Assembly (NCBI GenBank): GCA_963749495.1
Contig: CAVVMW010000007.1
Coordinates: forward strand, 96,001 to 160,000
Length of the DNA: 64,000 nt
Reading direction: 5' to 3'
DNA from: an uncultured bacterium
Lineage (GTDB): Bacteria; Verrucomicrobiota; Verrucomicrobiia; Limisphaerales; UBA8199
Numbering within the stretch: position 1 is the stretch's first letter; every line of letters begins with the position of its first letter. This document shows, in pieces, positions 55,407 through 64,000 of the stretch. A program made the position numbers and the translations under genes. The notes under the pieces were generated by a model. It worked only from the letters and a program-made list of their open reading frames with translations. It was not told the DNA's origin and made no database searches.

Positions 55407-56168
55407 TTATTTCTCCGGGATCTTTTGGCGTTCGGGCTGCGCGGCGGCAGGCGGAGTGGCGGCGGCGGCCGCTTCCGGCGCGACCAATCCCATCTTCTTT
55501 TTGTATTCCTGGAAGAGCATGGCGCCGCGCGCCTTGCGGGCCTCCTGCTGGCGGGCGATGCCCGAGCCCATTTCCTTGGCCAGGTCCAGGGTGGCGCGCA
55601 TCTGGCCCTCGCCGGACGCGGCGGATTGGCGGAGTTGCTGCATGGACTGGCCCAGCTCGCCTCCCATCATTCCCTGCAGTTCGCTGATCGAGCTCTTCAT
55701 CATGCCCGAGAGGCTCTCCAACGAGCGGCCGATGGCTACCTTGGCCTTGACGGTCTCGAACTCGCGCTGGAACCGCTGGATCTCGCGCAGGCTGCCGGCG
55801 ATGATTTCGGTGTTCTGCTGGTAGAGCTGCTCGAGGTTGTCCGCCTGGCCCTTGTTCTCCTGGAGGTCTTGCTCCAGCGTGGCCAGTTCCTCGGCGTAGT
55901 GGGAGCCGTTGGCCTCGTCGTTGGCGTTGGCGGCGGCCTGGAGCAGGCCCTGCAACTCCTGCCGCTGCCGTTCCTGGCGTTTGATCTGGTCCTTGAGCAA
56001 GGCGATCTGGCCCGCCAGTTGGCCGTTGGCATAATGCGCCTTGTCCGCCTTGGCCTTGGAATCGCGGATGCCGCGCTCGACCACCGCCTGGTTGATCGCG
56101 TCGGTCTCGGTCGCCTTCTCCGCCATCAGCCCCAGCCAAATGAATAATCGTTTGATTGCTCTAAACAT
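55407..56168 (-). CDS. PspA/IM30 (ESCRT-III-like) family coiled-coil protein
   Basis: Amphipathic N-terminus MFRAIKRLFIWLGL, a long helical hairpin with an A...A..YAE turn, K.KVA, a terminal helix FQEYKKKMGL, 253 aa. The assignment rests on overall pattern only. Confidence 0.68.
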   Translation of the reverse strand: MFRAIKRLFIWLGLMAEKATETDAINQAVVERGIRDSKAKADKAHYANGQLAGQIALLKDQIKRQERQRQELQGLLQAAANANDEANGSHYAEELATLEQDLQENKGQADNLEQLYQQNTEIIAGSLREIQRFQREFETVKAKVAIGRSLESLSGMMKSSISELQGMMGGELGQSMQQLRQSAASGEGQMRATLDLAKEMGSGIARQQEARKARGAMLFQEYKKKMGLVAPEAAAAATPPAAAQPERQKIPEK

Positions 56169-56489
56169 AGCGTTTCTCCGGGTTGGTTTTGGTCTCGGTC
56201 ACGGGTTAGGAGTCGTCTGCCGACAGCATGCCGCGCGCGGCTCCATCGGCCGCCGAAGCCGCTTTCACTGCGGGTGTCGAACTGGCTTTCATGTCTTCAC
56301 TCAATCCGGCCGTTTCTCCCACTGTTGGCCGCGCGCACTGGCAACATCGTTACCAACAGGCCCGGGCGCTGTCAACATATCCCTGATCCCGCGCCCGCGC
56401 GCACCTACAAAAGGAGGGGCGGTTTATAGCGCGCCCGTTCTGCCGCCCTCAACGGCATGGAAGCGCATCCGGTGCAAGGTCTTGCCGCA

Positions 56490-56900
56490 TCAGTGAGATT
56501 CCTTGCTCCCTCCAGGAACTTCCCCTTCGGCGGGCGGTAATCCGGATAGCCTAAGGCGCGAGTAGGCGCCACGCTTGTCGTCCGGATGAGGTTCGACCCC
56601 AAGGATAGTGATGTCGCCCCTGTCCGGTCCATATGCCCAAAAGATGCGGCCCGCTGCAGGAACATTGTTTTCCAGGTATGCCTCGAAAACCTTGAAGCCG
56701 TATTTGTCAGTCAGGGCGCCGATTTCATGAGTCTGGAGGCTATTATGGCGCGGGTTCTGGCTCAGGAAACCCAGCGTCTTGACCAGCCTCTTGAAGAATC
56801 TGTCTTCGTTCCGATCTAATTTCCCTTGCAACTTGCGGGTCGAAAGATCGGCCCAGATGGCGGCCATCTCAGGCATGCCCATCCGAATGTTGAAGGGCAT
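56490..56900 (-). CDS. RelE/ParE-like type II toxin
   Basis: L.QNPRHNSLQTHEI, VFEAYLEN..AGRIFWAYGP..ITILGVEPHP. Confidence 0.72.
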   Translation of the reverse strand: MPFNIRMGMPEMAAIWADLSTRKLQGKLDRNEDRFFKRLVKTLGFLSQNPRHNSLQTHEIGALTDKYGFKVFEAYLENNVPAAGRIFWAYGPDRGDITILGVEPHPDDKRGAYSRLRLSGLPPAEGEVPGGSKESH

Positions 56901-56909
56901 GGCGATCGG

Positions 56910-57197
56910 CTAATCTTGCTGGAATGGGGTCAGGTCCACCGGGGGAGAGGCCAACCCCTTTTTCAAGTTGTCCGCCGACTGGTCCAGCATTCTCAAGACT
57001 CGAGCGGAGACCGCCCGGGGCGGGACGAGCTCCCGGGGCTCCAACAGAAAGGAACCGTTCGACAGGGCTCTGACACGAAAATATTTCGCCTTTGCGCGGC
57101 GAAGGCTGATTCGCCTCTTGGCGTCGGCAGCAACGTCATATTCTTCCAGGACCGTGAGTCCGCCCTTGTGTTTCCTCTGTTCCAGCATGGTTCGCAT
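56910..57197 (-). CDS. AbrB/MazE-like antitoxin
   Basis: DAKRRISL..YFRV...NGSFLLEP swapped-hairpin pattern, directly upstream of the toxin. Confidence 0.68.
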   Translation of the reverse strand: MRTMLEQRKHKGGLTVLEEYDVAADAKRRISLRRAKAKYFRVRALSNGSFLLEPRELVPPRAVSARVLRMLDQSADNLKKGLASPPVDLTPFQQD

Positions 57198-57350
57198 GGT
57201 GGCAGGATACAGTGGGATTTCCCACCAAGTCAAGGCTCGGATGCTGGTTTCTCTCCGGGGACAGCAACCGATAGGCAGCCTCGAGGGGCGCATCCGCGAT
57301 TGTTTTCGTCCGGGTGTTAGGCTATATCACGTCGAGCAGAGCATTGCACT

Positions 57351-58029
57351 ATGGAAGAGAAGCGAGCGTGCTGGGGGCTGATGCGCTGCCGGGCGTGCCT
57401 GGTGCCCACCTGGCGCGGCTGGCTGGCGCTTTTGCTCGGCTCGGTCCTGCTGGCAACGCTCGCCCTGCACCAGGTTTATCCCTTTCTGGCGGTCAATCGG
57501 CCCAAACCGGGCGGGGTGCTGGTCGTCGAGGGTTGGGCCCCGGACTCCGTGCTCGAGGCGGTTGTGGCTGAGTGCCGCAGCCATCCTTACGAGAAGGTCT
57601 TTGTCACCGGCACCCCGCTCGAGGCAGGGCGCGATGCTCTCCGGTTACAGCAATTATGCCGACATGTGCCTGGGCACCTTGCTCAAGCTCGGGTTGAGCA
57701 GCAACGTCGTCGCCGCCGTGCCGGCGCCCTTCGTATGGCAGGACCGCACTTACGCCGCGGCCGTGGCTCTCCGGCAATGGTGGCGGGCGCACGGGATGGC
57801 CCCCAGCCACGTCAACCTCTTCACCCTCGGACCGCACGCGCGCCGCTCGAGGCTGCTGTTTGAACGGGCGCTGGGCGCAGGAGTGACGGTAGGCGTGGTG
57901 GCCTTTCCGCCCTGGCATTACGACACCCGCCACTGGTGGCGCTCCAGCTCCGGCTTCAGGGACGTCACCGGCGAACTGATCGCCTATGCCTACGTCCGGG
58001 TGTTCTTCTGGAGGTTTAAGCCCGCATGA
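57351..58029 (+). CDS. YdcF/ElyC/SanA (DUF218)-like membrane protein; one frameshift near 57625
   Basis: N-terminal TM, LVVEGW, FVTG, DRTY..A, HARRSRLLF, WW..S.G. Confidence 0.8.
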
Positions 58030-58240
58030 GGGGCGAGGGGCGAGGGACGGGGGGCGAGGCCGGAGTGCGCCCGTCCTCGGGCGCAGCGTCGTCCGCAGCC
58101 GGGGCAGCCGCAAAACACTCCGGCACGCTTGCCCCCTCCGACGCTGCTGCGCCCGAGGACGGGCGCACTCCGCGGGCAGTGCCAGGCTGCGCCCGTGCTG
58201 TGTTCCCTCGACCCTCGACCCTTGCTCCTCGACCCTCGGA
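58028..58240. repeat. REP-like palindrome doublet flanked by inverted heptamer repeats
   Basis: ggagtgcgcccgtcctcgggcgcagc / gctgcgcccgaggacgggcgcactcc lies between (gaggggc)n and (ccctcga)n. Confidence 0.8.
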
Positions 58241-58253
58241 TCTTCGATTACCT

Positions 58254-58895
58254 ATGAGCATTGAGCCTAACACCGCGCCCGCCGTGCCCTCCCGTTTCTT
58301 GCTTGGCGCCGTTGTGCTCGCCGCCGGGCGGTCGCGGCGGATGGGGCGGCCCAAGTTGCTGTTGGCCTGGAAGGGGACCTCCGTGCTTGGGCACCTGGTG
58401 GCGGAGTGGCGCAGGGCCGGGGCGGGACAGGTTGCCGTGGTTTGCGCGGCGGGGGACAAAGACGTTCCGGGGGAACTGGATCGGCTCGGTTTCCCGGGGA
58501 CCGGCCGGATTCTCAACCCGGCGCCCGAGCGCGGCATGTTCAGCTCGATCCAATGCGCGGCGCGCTGGCCGGGGTGGGGGGCCGGGCTGAGCCATTTGGC
58601 AATCGTGCTGGGAGACCAGCCTCATTTGCGCCAGGCGACCTTGCAGGCGATGGCCGAGTTCAGCGCCGCCCACCCGGCGCAGGTCTGCCAACCGGCGCGC
58701 TCGGGCCGCCCCCGCCATCCGGTGCTGCTGCCCAGGGCGGTCTTTCTGGCCCTGGGGAAGTCTGGGGCGGCAACTCTCAAAGAATTCCTCGGCGCTTTCC
58801 CGGTGGCCACGCTCGAGCTGGAGGACCCGGGACTGGATCTGGACATCGACAGCCCGGCCGACTATGCAAAGGCGCTGGAATTGAATTGCGGTTGA
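58254..58895 (+). CDS. MocA/MobA-like nucleotidyltransferase (NTP_transf_3)
   Basis: VLAAGRSRRMGRPKLLL, NP..ERGMFSSI, LGDQP, HPVL, DIDSPADY. Confidence 0.9.
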   Translation: MSIEPNTAPAVPSRFLLGAVVLAAGRSRRMGRPKLLLAWKGTSVLGHLVAEWRRAGAGQVAVVCAAGDKDVPGELDRLGFPGTGRILNPAPERGMFSSIQCAARWPGWGAGLSHLAIVLGDQPHLRQATLQAMAEFSAAHPAQVCQPARSGRPRHPVLLPRAVFLALGKSGAATLKEFLGAFPVATLELEDPGLDLDIDSPADYAKALELNCG

Positions 58896-61056
58896 CGCGA
58901 GCACACCTGCCTGCTGCAATCGCGCCGCGATTGGAAACCACCACTACATCAACGCGACCACGCACGAGCCGTGACGAAACCCGCAAGGTTTTGGACTGCG
59001 CCACTCCTCTGGCGCTTTTGCTCTGCCTGTTTGTCCTGCCGGCCGGCGCCGTCCCAGCCTGGGCTGGAAGCAGCGCCTCCAGAGAGCAGGCGCTCAAAGA
59101 ATGGCGGAACCTGACCGGGCCCGATGCGCCGCCGCCCAGGGTGTTCGTCAAGGGAGACACGATCCTGTTTTATTTTCCGACCCGTCGGGAGCCGAGGCGT
59201 TCAGCGCGAACTGGCACCGGGTGCGAATCCCCACACCGAACTACAAGGTCAACGCCGCGGTCCTGCACTGGGACCAGAAGCTGCCGCGCATGCCCCCGGG
59301 CCCGCACGGCTGGCGCGAGGCGGCCGTGATTGCGGGCGCAGAGTGGCGGCGCCTGGCCGGCGACCTGGTCGCCCAACTCACCCCCAGCATCCCGGGCCAT
59401 GGGGCTTACTACCAGGCCTTTCTGTCCGACGGCGTTTTGTACCGCGACCCGGGCGGCGCCCCGCGTTTCGCCGCGCTGGGCGAGCAACCCGATGGCATCC
59501 AGATCGAGCATCGGTATTCGACCGAGGAGACGCTCGACAGCCTGGCGCGGTTGGTGGACGAGGGGTTGGCGCGCACGCACCCGGGCGGCATGCTCTTCCT
59601 CCTGATGGCCCCTGACGCCAGCCGGGTGACCCAGCCGCTGCTGGTGGACCGGCAGCGCCGCCGCTGCTTTTGCCTCACCCCGGCGGCCCTCTACGACAAT
59701 ACCGAGCGCGGCCTCAGCCTGGCCGTCACGGCCCAGGGCCTCAGCGCCCTGTTCCTCCAAGGCCACGGCCTGGCCCTGCTCAAAAACCCAGTCTCCAGCG
59801 CCGCCCGCCTCGGCAACCTCGCCCTGCAGACGGTCGTCCATTTCCTGCGCTTGCCCTTGCCCAAGCCAGGCACAAACGCCCTGCCCCCGCTCCAGAGCGG
59901 CCCGGGCATGGACCTGGCCCAATGGGAAAACTGGCTGGATCGCTACACCGGAACCCGGCGCGAAGAGGGCTCCATGCGCCTGCTCATCGATGGCGATCGC
60001 TTCTTCACCCGCCTCCACCAGGCCATCGCCGCCGCAACCAACCACATCCGCTTCCAGGTCTATATCTTCGACAAGGACGACGTTGCGGTCGGGATAGCCG
60101 ACCAACTCAAGGAGCGCTCGAGGCAAATCGAGGTCAAGGTCATCCTGGACCGCATGGGCAGCATCGGCGCCGGGTTGCACCCGCCTGCAACCCCAATGCC
60201 CCAGGACTTTGTCCCGCCCGCCTCGATCCTGAGCTACCTCCGCCAGGATTCCCAGGTCCGGGCCCGGCCCTTTTTGAATCCGTGGTTCTCGGCGGGCCAC
60301 TCGAAGGTCCTGCTCATCGATGGCGCTTATGCGTGGGTGGGGGGCATGAACCTGGGCCGCAAGTATCGTTACGAGTGGCACGACCTCATGGCGGAGGTGC
60401 GCGGGCCGGTCGTCGCGTCGCTCGAGGCTCGCTTCCGCCGCGACTGGGCCCACGAGGGTCCGCTGGGCGACCTGGCCTACGTGGCGGCGCTGCTCGACGG
60501 CCCGGCCGACGGCGCGAAGGCCGCCGCGCCCGGGGCCTGGGGCCAGTTGCGCCGCCTGCCCACCAAGACCGCCTGGAAACCCTTCGCCACAGCCGTGCTC
60601 GAATCGCTCCGCAAGGCCCGGAGCTACGTCTATGTGGAAAACCCATACCTGTTCGACCACCGGGTCATCGCCGGCCTGGTGCGCGCCCGCCAGCGCGGCG
60701 TGGACGTGCGCGTGGTGCTGCCGCACGTCAACGACCTCAAGGCCGGCGGCCGCAGCAACCTGGTCATTGCCAACTACCTGCTCCAGCAGGGCGTGCGCGT
60801 CTTTTTCTACCCGGGCATGACGCATGTCAAGGCCCTGCTCGTGGACGATTGGGCGTGCCTGGGCTCGGGCAACCTCAATCACCTGAGCCTGCACCTCAAC
60901 CAGGAACAGAACCTCGCCACCTCCGACCCCGCCTTTGCCGCCTCACTCAAACGCGAACTCTTCGAAGAGGACTTCGCCCGCTCTTACCAACTCACCGAGC
61001 CGGTCTCCGTTGAGTGGCTGGATCTTCTGGCCAACCTGGTCCTGGAAAACTTCTGA
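58892..61056 (+). CDS. Phospholipase D / cardiolipin synthase-like protein with a long N-terminal extension; frameshift near 59182; start uncertain
   Basis: Two HKD motifs (HSKVLLIDG..GGMN and HVKALLVD..GSGNL) and YVENPY. The signal-like LALLLCLFVLPAGAVPAWA is in the upstream frame. Confidence 0.85.
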
Positions 61057-61498
61057 GCGCCTCTTCCAGAAAAGGGACCTGCGCCGGGTTGATCTTCTCC
61101 TTGGCGGCCTCGAAGCGGAAGAAGGCGGCCCGATCCACCTCCGGGAACTGGGACCATCGCCCCGAGCCGGGCGGCCATTCCATGGAAAAGGAATTGCTCC
61201 GCACTTGGGCAGGGTCGCAATCCCCCTCGAACGCCCAGGCCCAGACGACCTTCCCGCTCTTTTGTTTGATCGGCGCCAGGGGCGCCAGGTGGCCTGGCGG
61301 CGCAAAGCCGATCTCCTCCTGGAACTCGCGTCTTGCGGCGGCCAGGGGTTCCTCGCCCGGCTCGATCTCCCCTTTGGGGATGGTCCAGGCCCCGGCGTCC
61401 TTGTTCCGCCACAACGGTCCTCCGGGATGGACGAGGAGGAATTCCGCCTCGCCGTCCCGGAGACGATACATCAACAAACCTGCGCTTGTCCTGGCCAT
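60992..61498 (-). CDS. NUDIX-domain protein
   Basis: SAGLLMYR, LVHPGGP.W, WTIPKGE..GEEPLAAARREFQEEIG, FPEVDRA. Its 3' end overlaps the convergent PLD gene. Confidence 0.9.
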   Translation of the reverse strand: MARTSAGLLMYRLRDGEAEFLLVHPGGPLWRNKDAGAWTIPKGEIEPGEEPLAAARREFQEEIGFAPPGHLAPLAPIKQKSGKVVWAWAFEGDCDPAQVRSNSFSMEWPPGSGRWSQFPEVDRAAFFRFEAAKEKINPAQVPFLEEALRSFPGPGWPEDPATQRRPAR

Positions 61499-61745
61499 GG
61501 CGTGGCACGGTGTGTGCCGCACGGGAACATACACGGTGTGCCGCCCCTGGGCCAGCCCTGTGCCCGGGCCGCCCTTGGCCGTAAGGCCTCAGCAAATCAG
61601 CCGCCGAGGGCGGCGGGCGGAAGGAAGTAACTTGGCTATTTGCTGCTCAAAAAGCGGTTTTTAGCTGATTTTGTAACCACCTGCCCGCCAACGTGTTGTG
61701 AAGTAGTTACTTAGAAGTGAGAGAGGGAGCAGCACTGCGGGCGGA

Positions 61746-61891
61746 CCCCTCACCCCGGCCCTCTCCCCATCAGATGGGGAGAGGGAGAGTTCGCGGTGGC
61801 GCTTTGAGGAAGCGCAGGCGCCTGGAAGCTCGCGAGATTGCCGACGCTTCTCCCTCTCCCCTTCCGAAGGGGAGAGGGCTGGGGTGAGGGG
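61746..61891. repeat. REP-like inverted doublet (CCCTCACCCC family)
   Basis: Sister of 53499-53646. Confidence 0.88.
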
Positions 61892-62005
61892 TCCGTCGGG
61901 GACTCTGTTCCCGCCTTCATTGACCGGTTACCTTGGGCCGACTTTGGCACTTGCCATTGGCCGGCCAGGGGCGGATGTTGGCTTCGTGCTGTGGGATTAT
62001 TGTCT

Positions 62006-62506
62006 ATGACAACACTGCCCATCCGCATTGTCGCGGCAACCAGCCCGGAGCAAATCGAGGAAGTGCGCGCTCTGTTCCGGGAGTATGAGCGGTATCTCCA
62101 CGTGAATCTCTGCTTCCAGAGTTTCGAGGCGGAGTTGGCGGGGCTGCCTGGGGCTTACGCGCCGCCCGGCGGCGCGCTCTTCATTGCAATTGACGGGGAA
62201 CGAGCCGCCGGGTGCGTGGCCCTGCGGAAGTTCGCCGGCGGCGATGGCTTGTGCGAGATGAAGCGGCTGTTTGTCCGGCCCGAATACCGGGGACGTGGAG
62301 TCGGCAAGGCCCTGGCGTTGCGCATCCTGGAGCAGGCGATTGCCCTCGGTTATGGCGCGATGCGCCTCGACACGCTGGCCAGGTTCAAAGAGGCGATGTC
62401 CCTCTACGAGTCGCTGGACTTCAACCGGATTGCCCCCTACTACTCCAACCCGTTGCCCGACGTCGTCTATTGGGAGTTGGGATTGACAGGTCTCCGCTTC
62501 CCATGA
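62006..62506 (+). CDS. GNAT family N-acetyltransferase
   Basis: LFREY..LCFQSFEAELAGLPG.Y, CEMKRLFVRPEYRGRGVG, MRLDTL, LYESL.F. Confidence 0.92.
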   Translation: MTTLPIRIVAATSPEQIEEVRALFREYERYLHVNLCFQSFEAELAGLPGAYAPPGGALFIAIDGERAAGCVALRKFAGGDGLCEMKRLFVRPEYRGRGVGKALALRILEQAIALGYGAMRLDTLARFKEAMSLYESLDFNRIAPYYSNPLPDVVYWELGLTGLRFP

Positions 62507-62580
62507 TTTTGCCAACAACGATTCTGCATTGAAGCCGGCGCTCGATATGGGGATAATGGGGGCGTTGCACAAACCTTGTT

Positions 62581-63918
62581 ATGAACGCGCACACCCCAAA
62601 TCGCCGGGAATTTCTCAAGACCTCGATGAGCGCCGCGACGGCGCTGGCCATTCTGCCGGGGGGCCGTGCAGCCGGGCCTAACGAGAAGGTCCTCATCGGC
62701 GTGATGGGCACGGGGGGCCGGGGGACTTACCTGGCGACGGCGTTTGCGGGGCGGAGGGACGCCGAAGTGGCCTGCGTGTGCGACGCGGACACGCGGCGGA
62801 TGGGCCAGGCGCAGAAGGCGGTGGCGGCGGTCCAGGCAAAGGAGCCCAAAGCAGTGCAGGACTTCCGCCGCATCCTGGAGGACCGCAGCGTGGACGCGGT
62901 GGTCAATGCCACGCCGGACCATTGGCATGCCTTGGGCACGATCCTGGCCTGCCAGGCGGGCAAGGACGTTTATGTCGAGAAGCCCCTGTCGCACAACGTG
63001 TGGGAGGGCCGCAAGATGATTCAGGCCGCGCGCAAATATCAGCGTGTGGTCCAAGTGGGCACCCAGAGCCGCAGCTCGGCTTATGCGGCCGAGGCGCTCG
63101 AATACGTGCGAAGCGGCAGGCTGGGCGACCTGCGGCTGGTGCGCGTCTTCAACATGATGCCGCACAGCCCGATGAACCTGGGCGCGGACCAGGCGCCGCC
63201 GCCGGAGCTGGATTACGAGATGTGGTGCGGCCCGGCGGCCAAGCTGCCCTACAACCCCGGGCGCAGTTGGCTCAACATGTTCGAGTACAGTTGCGGCCCC
63301 ATCCCCGGCGACGCTGTCCACCAACTGGATCTGGCGCGCTACCTCCTGGGCGACCCGCCCCCGCCGCGCACGGTGTCGCACAGCGGCGGCATCCAGGTGC
63401 TCCAGGACGGACGCGACACCCCGGACACGCAGTTGGCTGCGTTCGATTACGGGGCTTACACCCTGCTCTTCGAGGCCTGTCTTTGGACGCCCTACATCAA
63501 CAAGACCCCCATGGAGCTGCGCGACAAGGACCGGTTGCCCAACTGGCCCTTCAACGGCACCCGCATCGAACTGCTGGGCACCCGCGGGTTCATGTACGTT
63601 GGCCGGCACGGCGACGGCTGGCAGGCCTTTGACGCCAAGGGCGAACTGGTTGCCTCGCACTTCGGCCGCCAGGGCGACCGCTTGCACCAGGACAATTTCA
63701 TCGACTGCGTCCGCTCCCGGCAAAAACCCCACTCGGACGTGGAAGCGGTGCATCACTCGACGCTCCTGTGCCACCTGGCCAACATCGCCTGGCGCGCCGG
63801 CAATCGCACGCTGGCCTTTGACGCGCAGACGGAATCGTTCCCGGACGCCCCGGAGGCCAACCGCTTCCTCAAGCGCCCCGCCTATCGCTTGCCCTGGGCC
63901 GTGCCGGAGGAGGTGTGA
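62581..63918 (+). CDS. Tat-exported Gfo/Idh/MocA family oxidoreductase
   Basis: NRREFLK Tat motif, GTGGRG, ATPDHWH, KDVYVEKP, QVGTQSRS, LDYEMWCGPA. Confidence 0.94.
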   Translation: MNAHTPNRREFLKTSMSAATALAILPGGRAAGPNEKVLIGVMGTGGRGTYLATAFAGRRDAEVACVCDADTRRMGQAQKAVAAVQAKEPKAVQDFRRILEDRSVDAVVNATPDHWHALGTILACQAGKDVYVEKPLSHNVWEGRKMIQAARKYQRVVQVGTQSRSSAYAAEALEYVRSGRLGDLRLVRVFNMMPHSPMNLGADQAPPPELDYEMWCGPAAKLPYNPGRSWLNMFEYSCGPIPGDAVHQLDLARYLLGDPPPPRTVSHSGGIQVLQDGRDTPDTQLAAFDYGAYTLLFEACLWTPYINKTPMELRDKDRLPNWPFNGTRIELLGTRGFMYVGRHGDGWQAFDAKGELVASHFGRQGDRLHQDNFIDCVRSRQKPHSDVEAVHHSTLLCHLANIAWRAGNRTLAFDAQTESFPDAPEANRFLKRPAYRLPWAVPEEV

Positions 63919-64000
63919 GTATTGTCCCGAGCCCCTGCCGGGGATTTCTTCCAGACGTAGCGGAACATGGCCACGCGCAGGGCGGCGGTGAGCGGGATGG

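Noticed and set aside
58254..58895. MocA-like gene as evidence for an aerobic Mo-CODH linked to the CO cluster
   Set aside because: There are no cox or xdh genes in the window, and the gene is more than 40 kb from the Ni-CODH operon.
61626..61713. AAGTAACT...AGTTACTT as MITE ends
   Set aside because: Only 8 bp match and no target duplication is evident.

Overview
High-GC bacterial chromosomal segment. It is probably Verrucomicrobiota subdivision 3 (Pedosphaera/Limisphaerales-like); this is inferred from the GloVer-type repeats, the secreted proteins ending in a 'W...L(Q/E)...W...F(Y/F)RL' domain and the intergenic repeat families. Main contents: (1) a partial DUF1016/YhcG nuclease gene with in-frame palindromes; (2) a 12.5-kb CODH/acetyl-CoA synthase operon (Cys-rich protein, cooC, MetE-core/MesB-like methionine synthase, acsF/cooC2, cooS, orphan hicB, an acsB-acsD fusion, acsC, acsV) with no acsE or methyl-branch genes in the window; (3) a 7.3-kb transposase-free cassette bounded by IS630-like inverted repeats that carries two large secreted proteins and an HU fragment; (4) envelope and lipid genes (aas, GT4, msbA-like, wecA-like, GT2, GT9, PLD); (5) tRNA-Val(CAC) followed by an NYN RNase gene and cutC; (6) a lower-GC island with a RecB/Cas4-like + DEDD exonuclease + IS66 transposase fusion and a decayed AbiE pair; (7) a five-gene PspA-like / SBP-OmpA / ABC / membrane coiled-coil operon; (8) three MITEs with target-site duplications and more than ten families of REP-like palindromes and short tandem repeats. 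About a dozen single-base frameshifts, mostly in short homopolymers, suggest residual long-read assembly errors rather than true pseudogenes. All family assignments come from motif recognition by eye, not from database searches.
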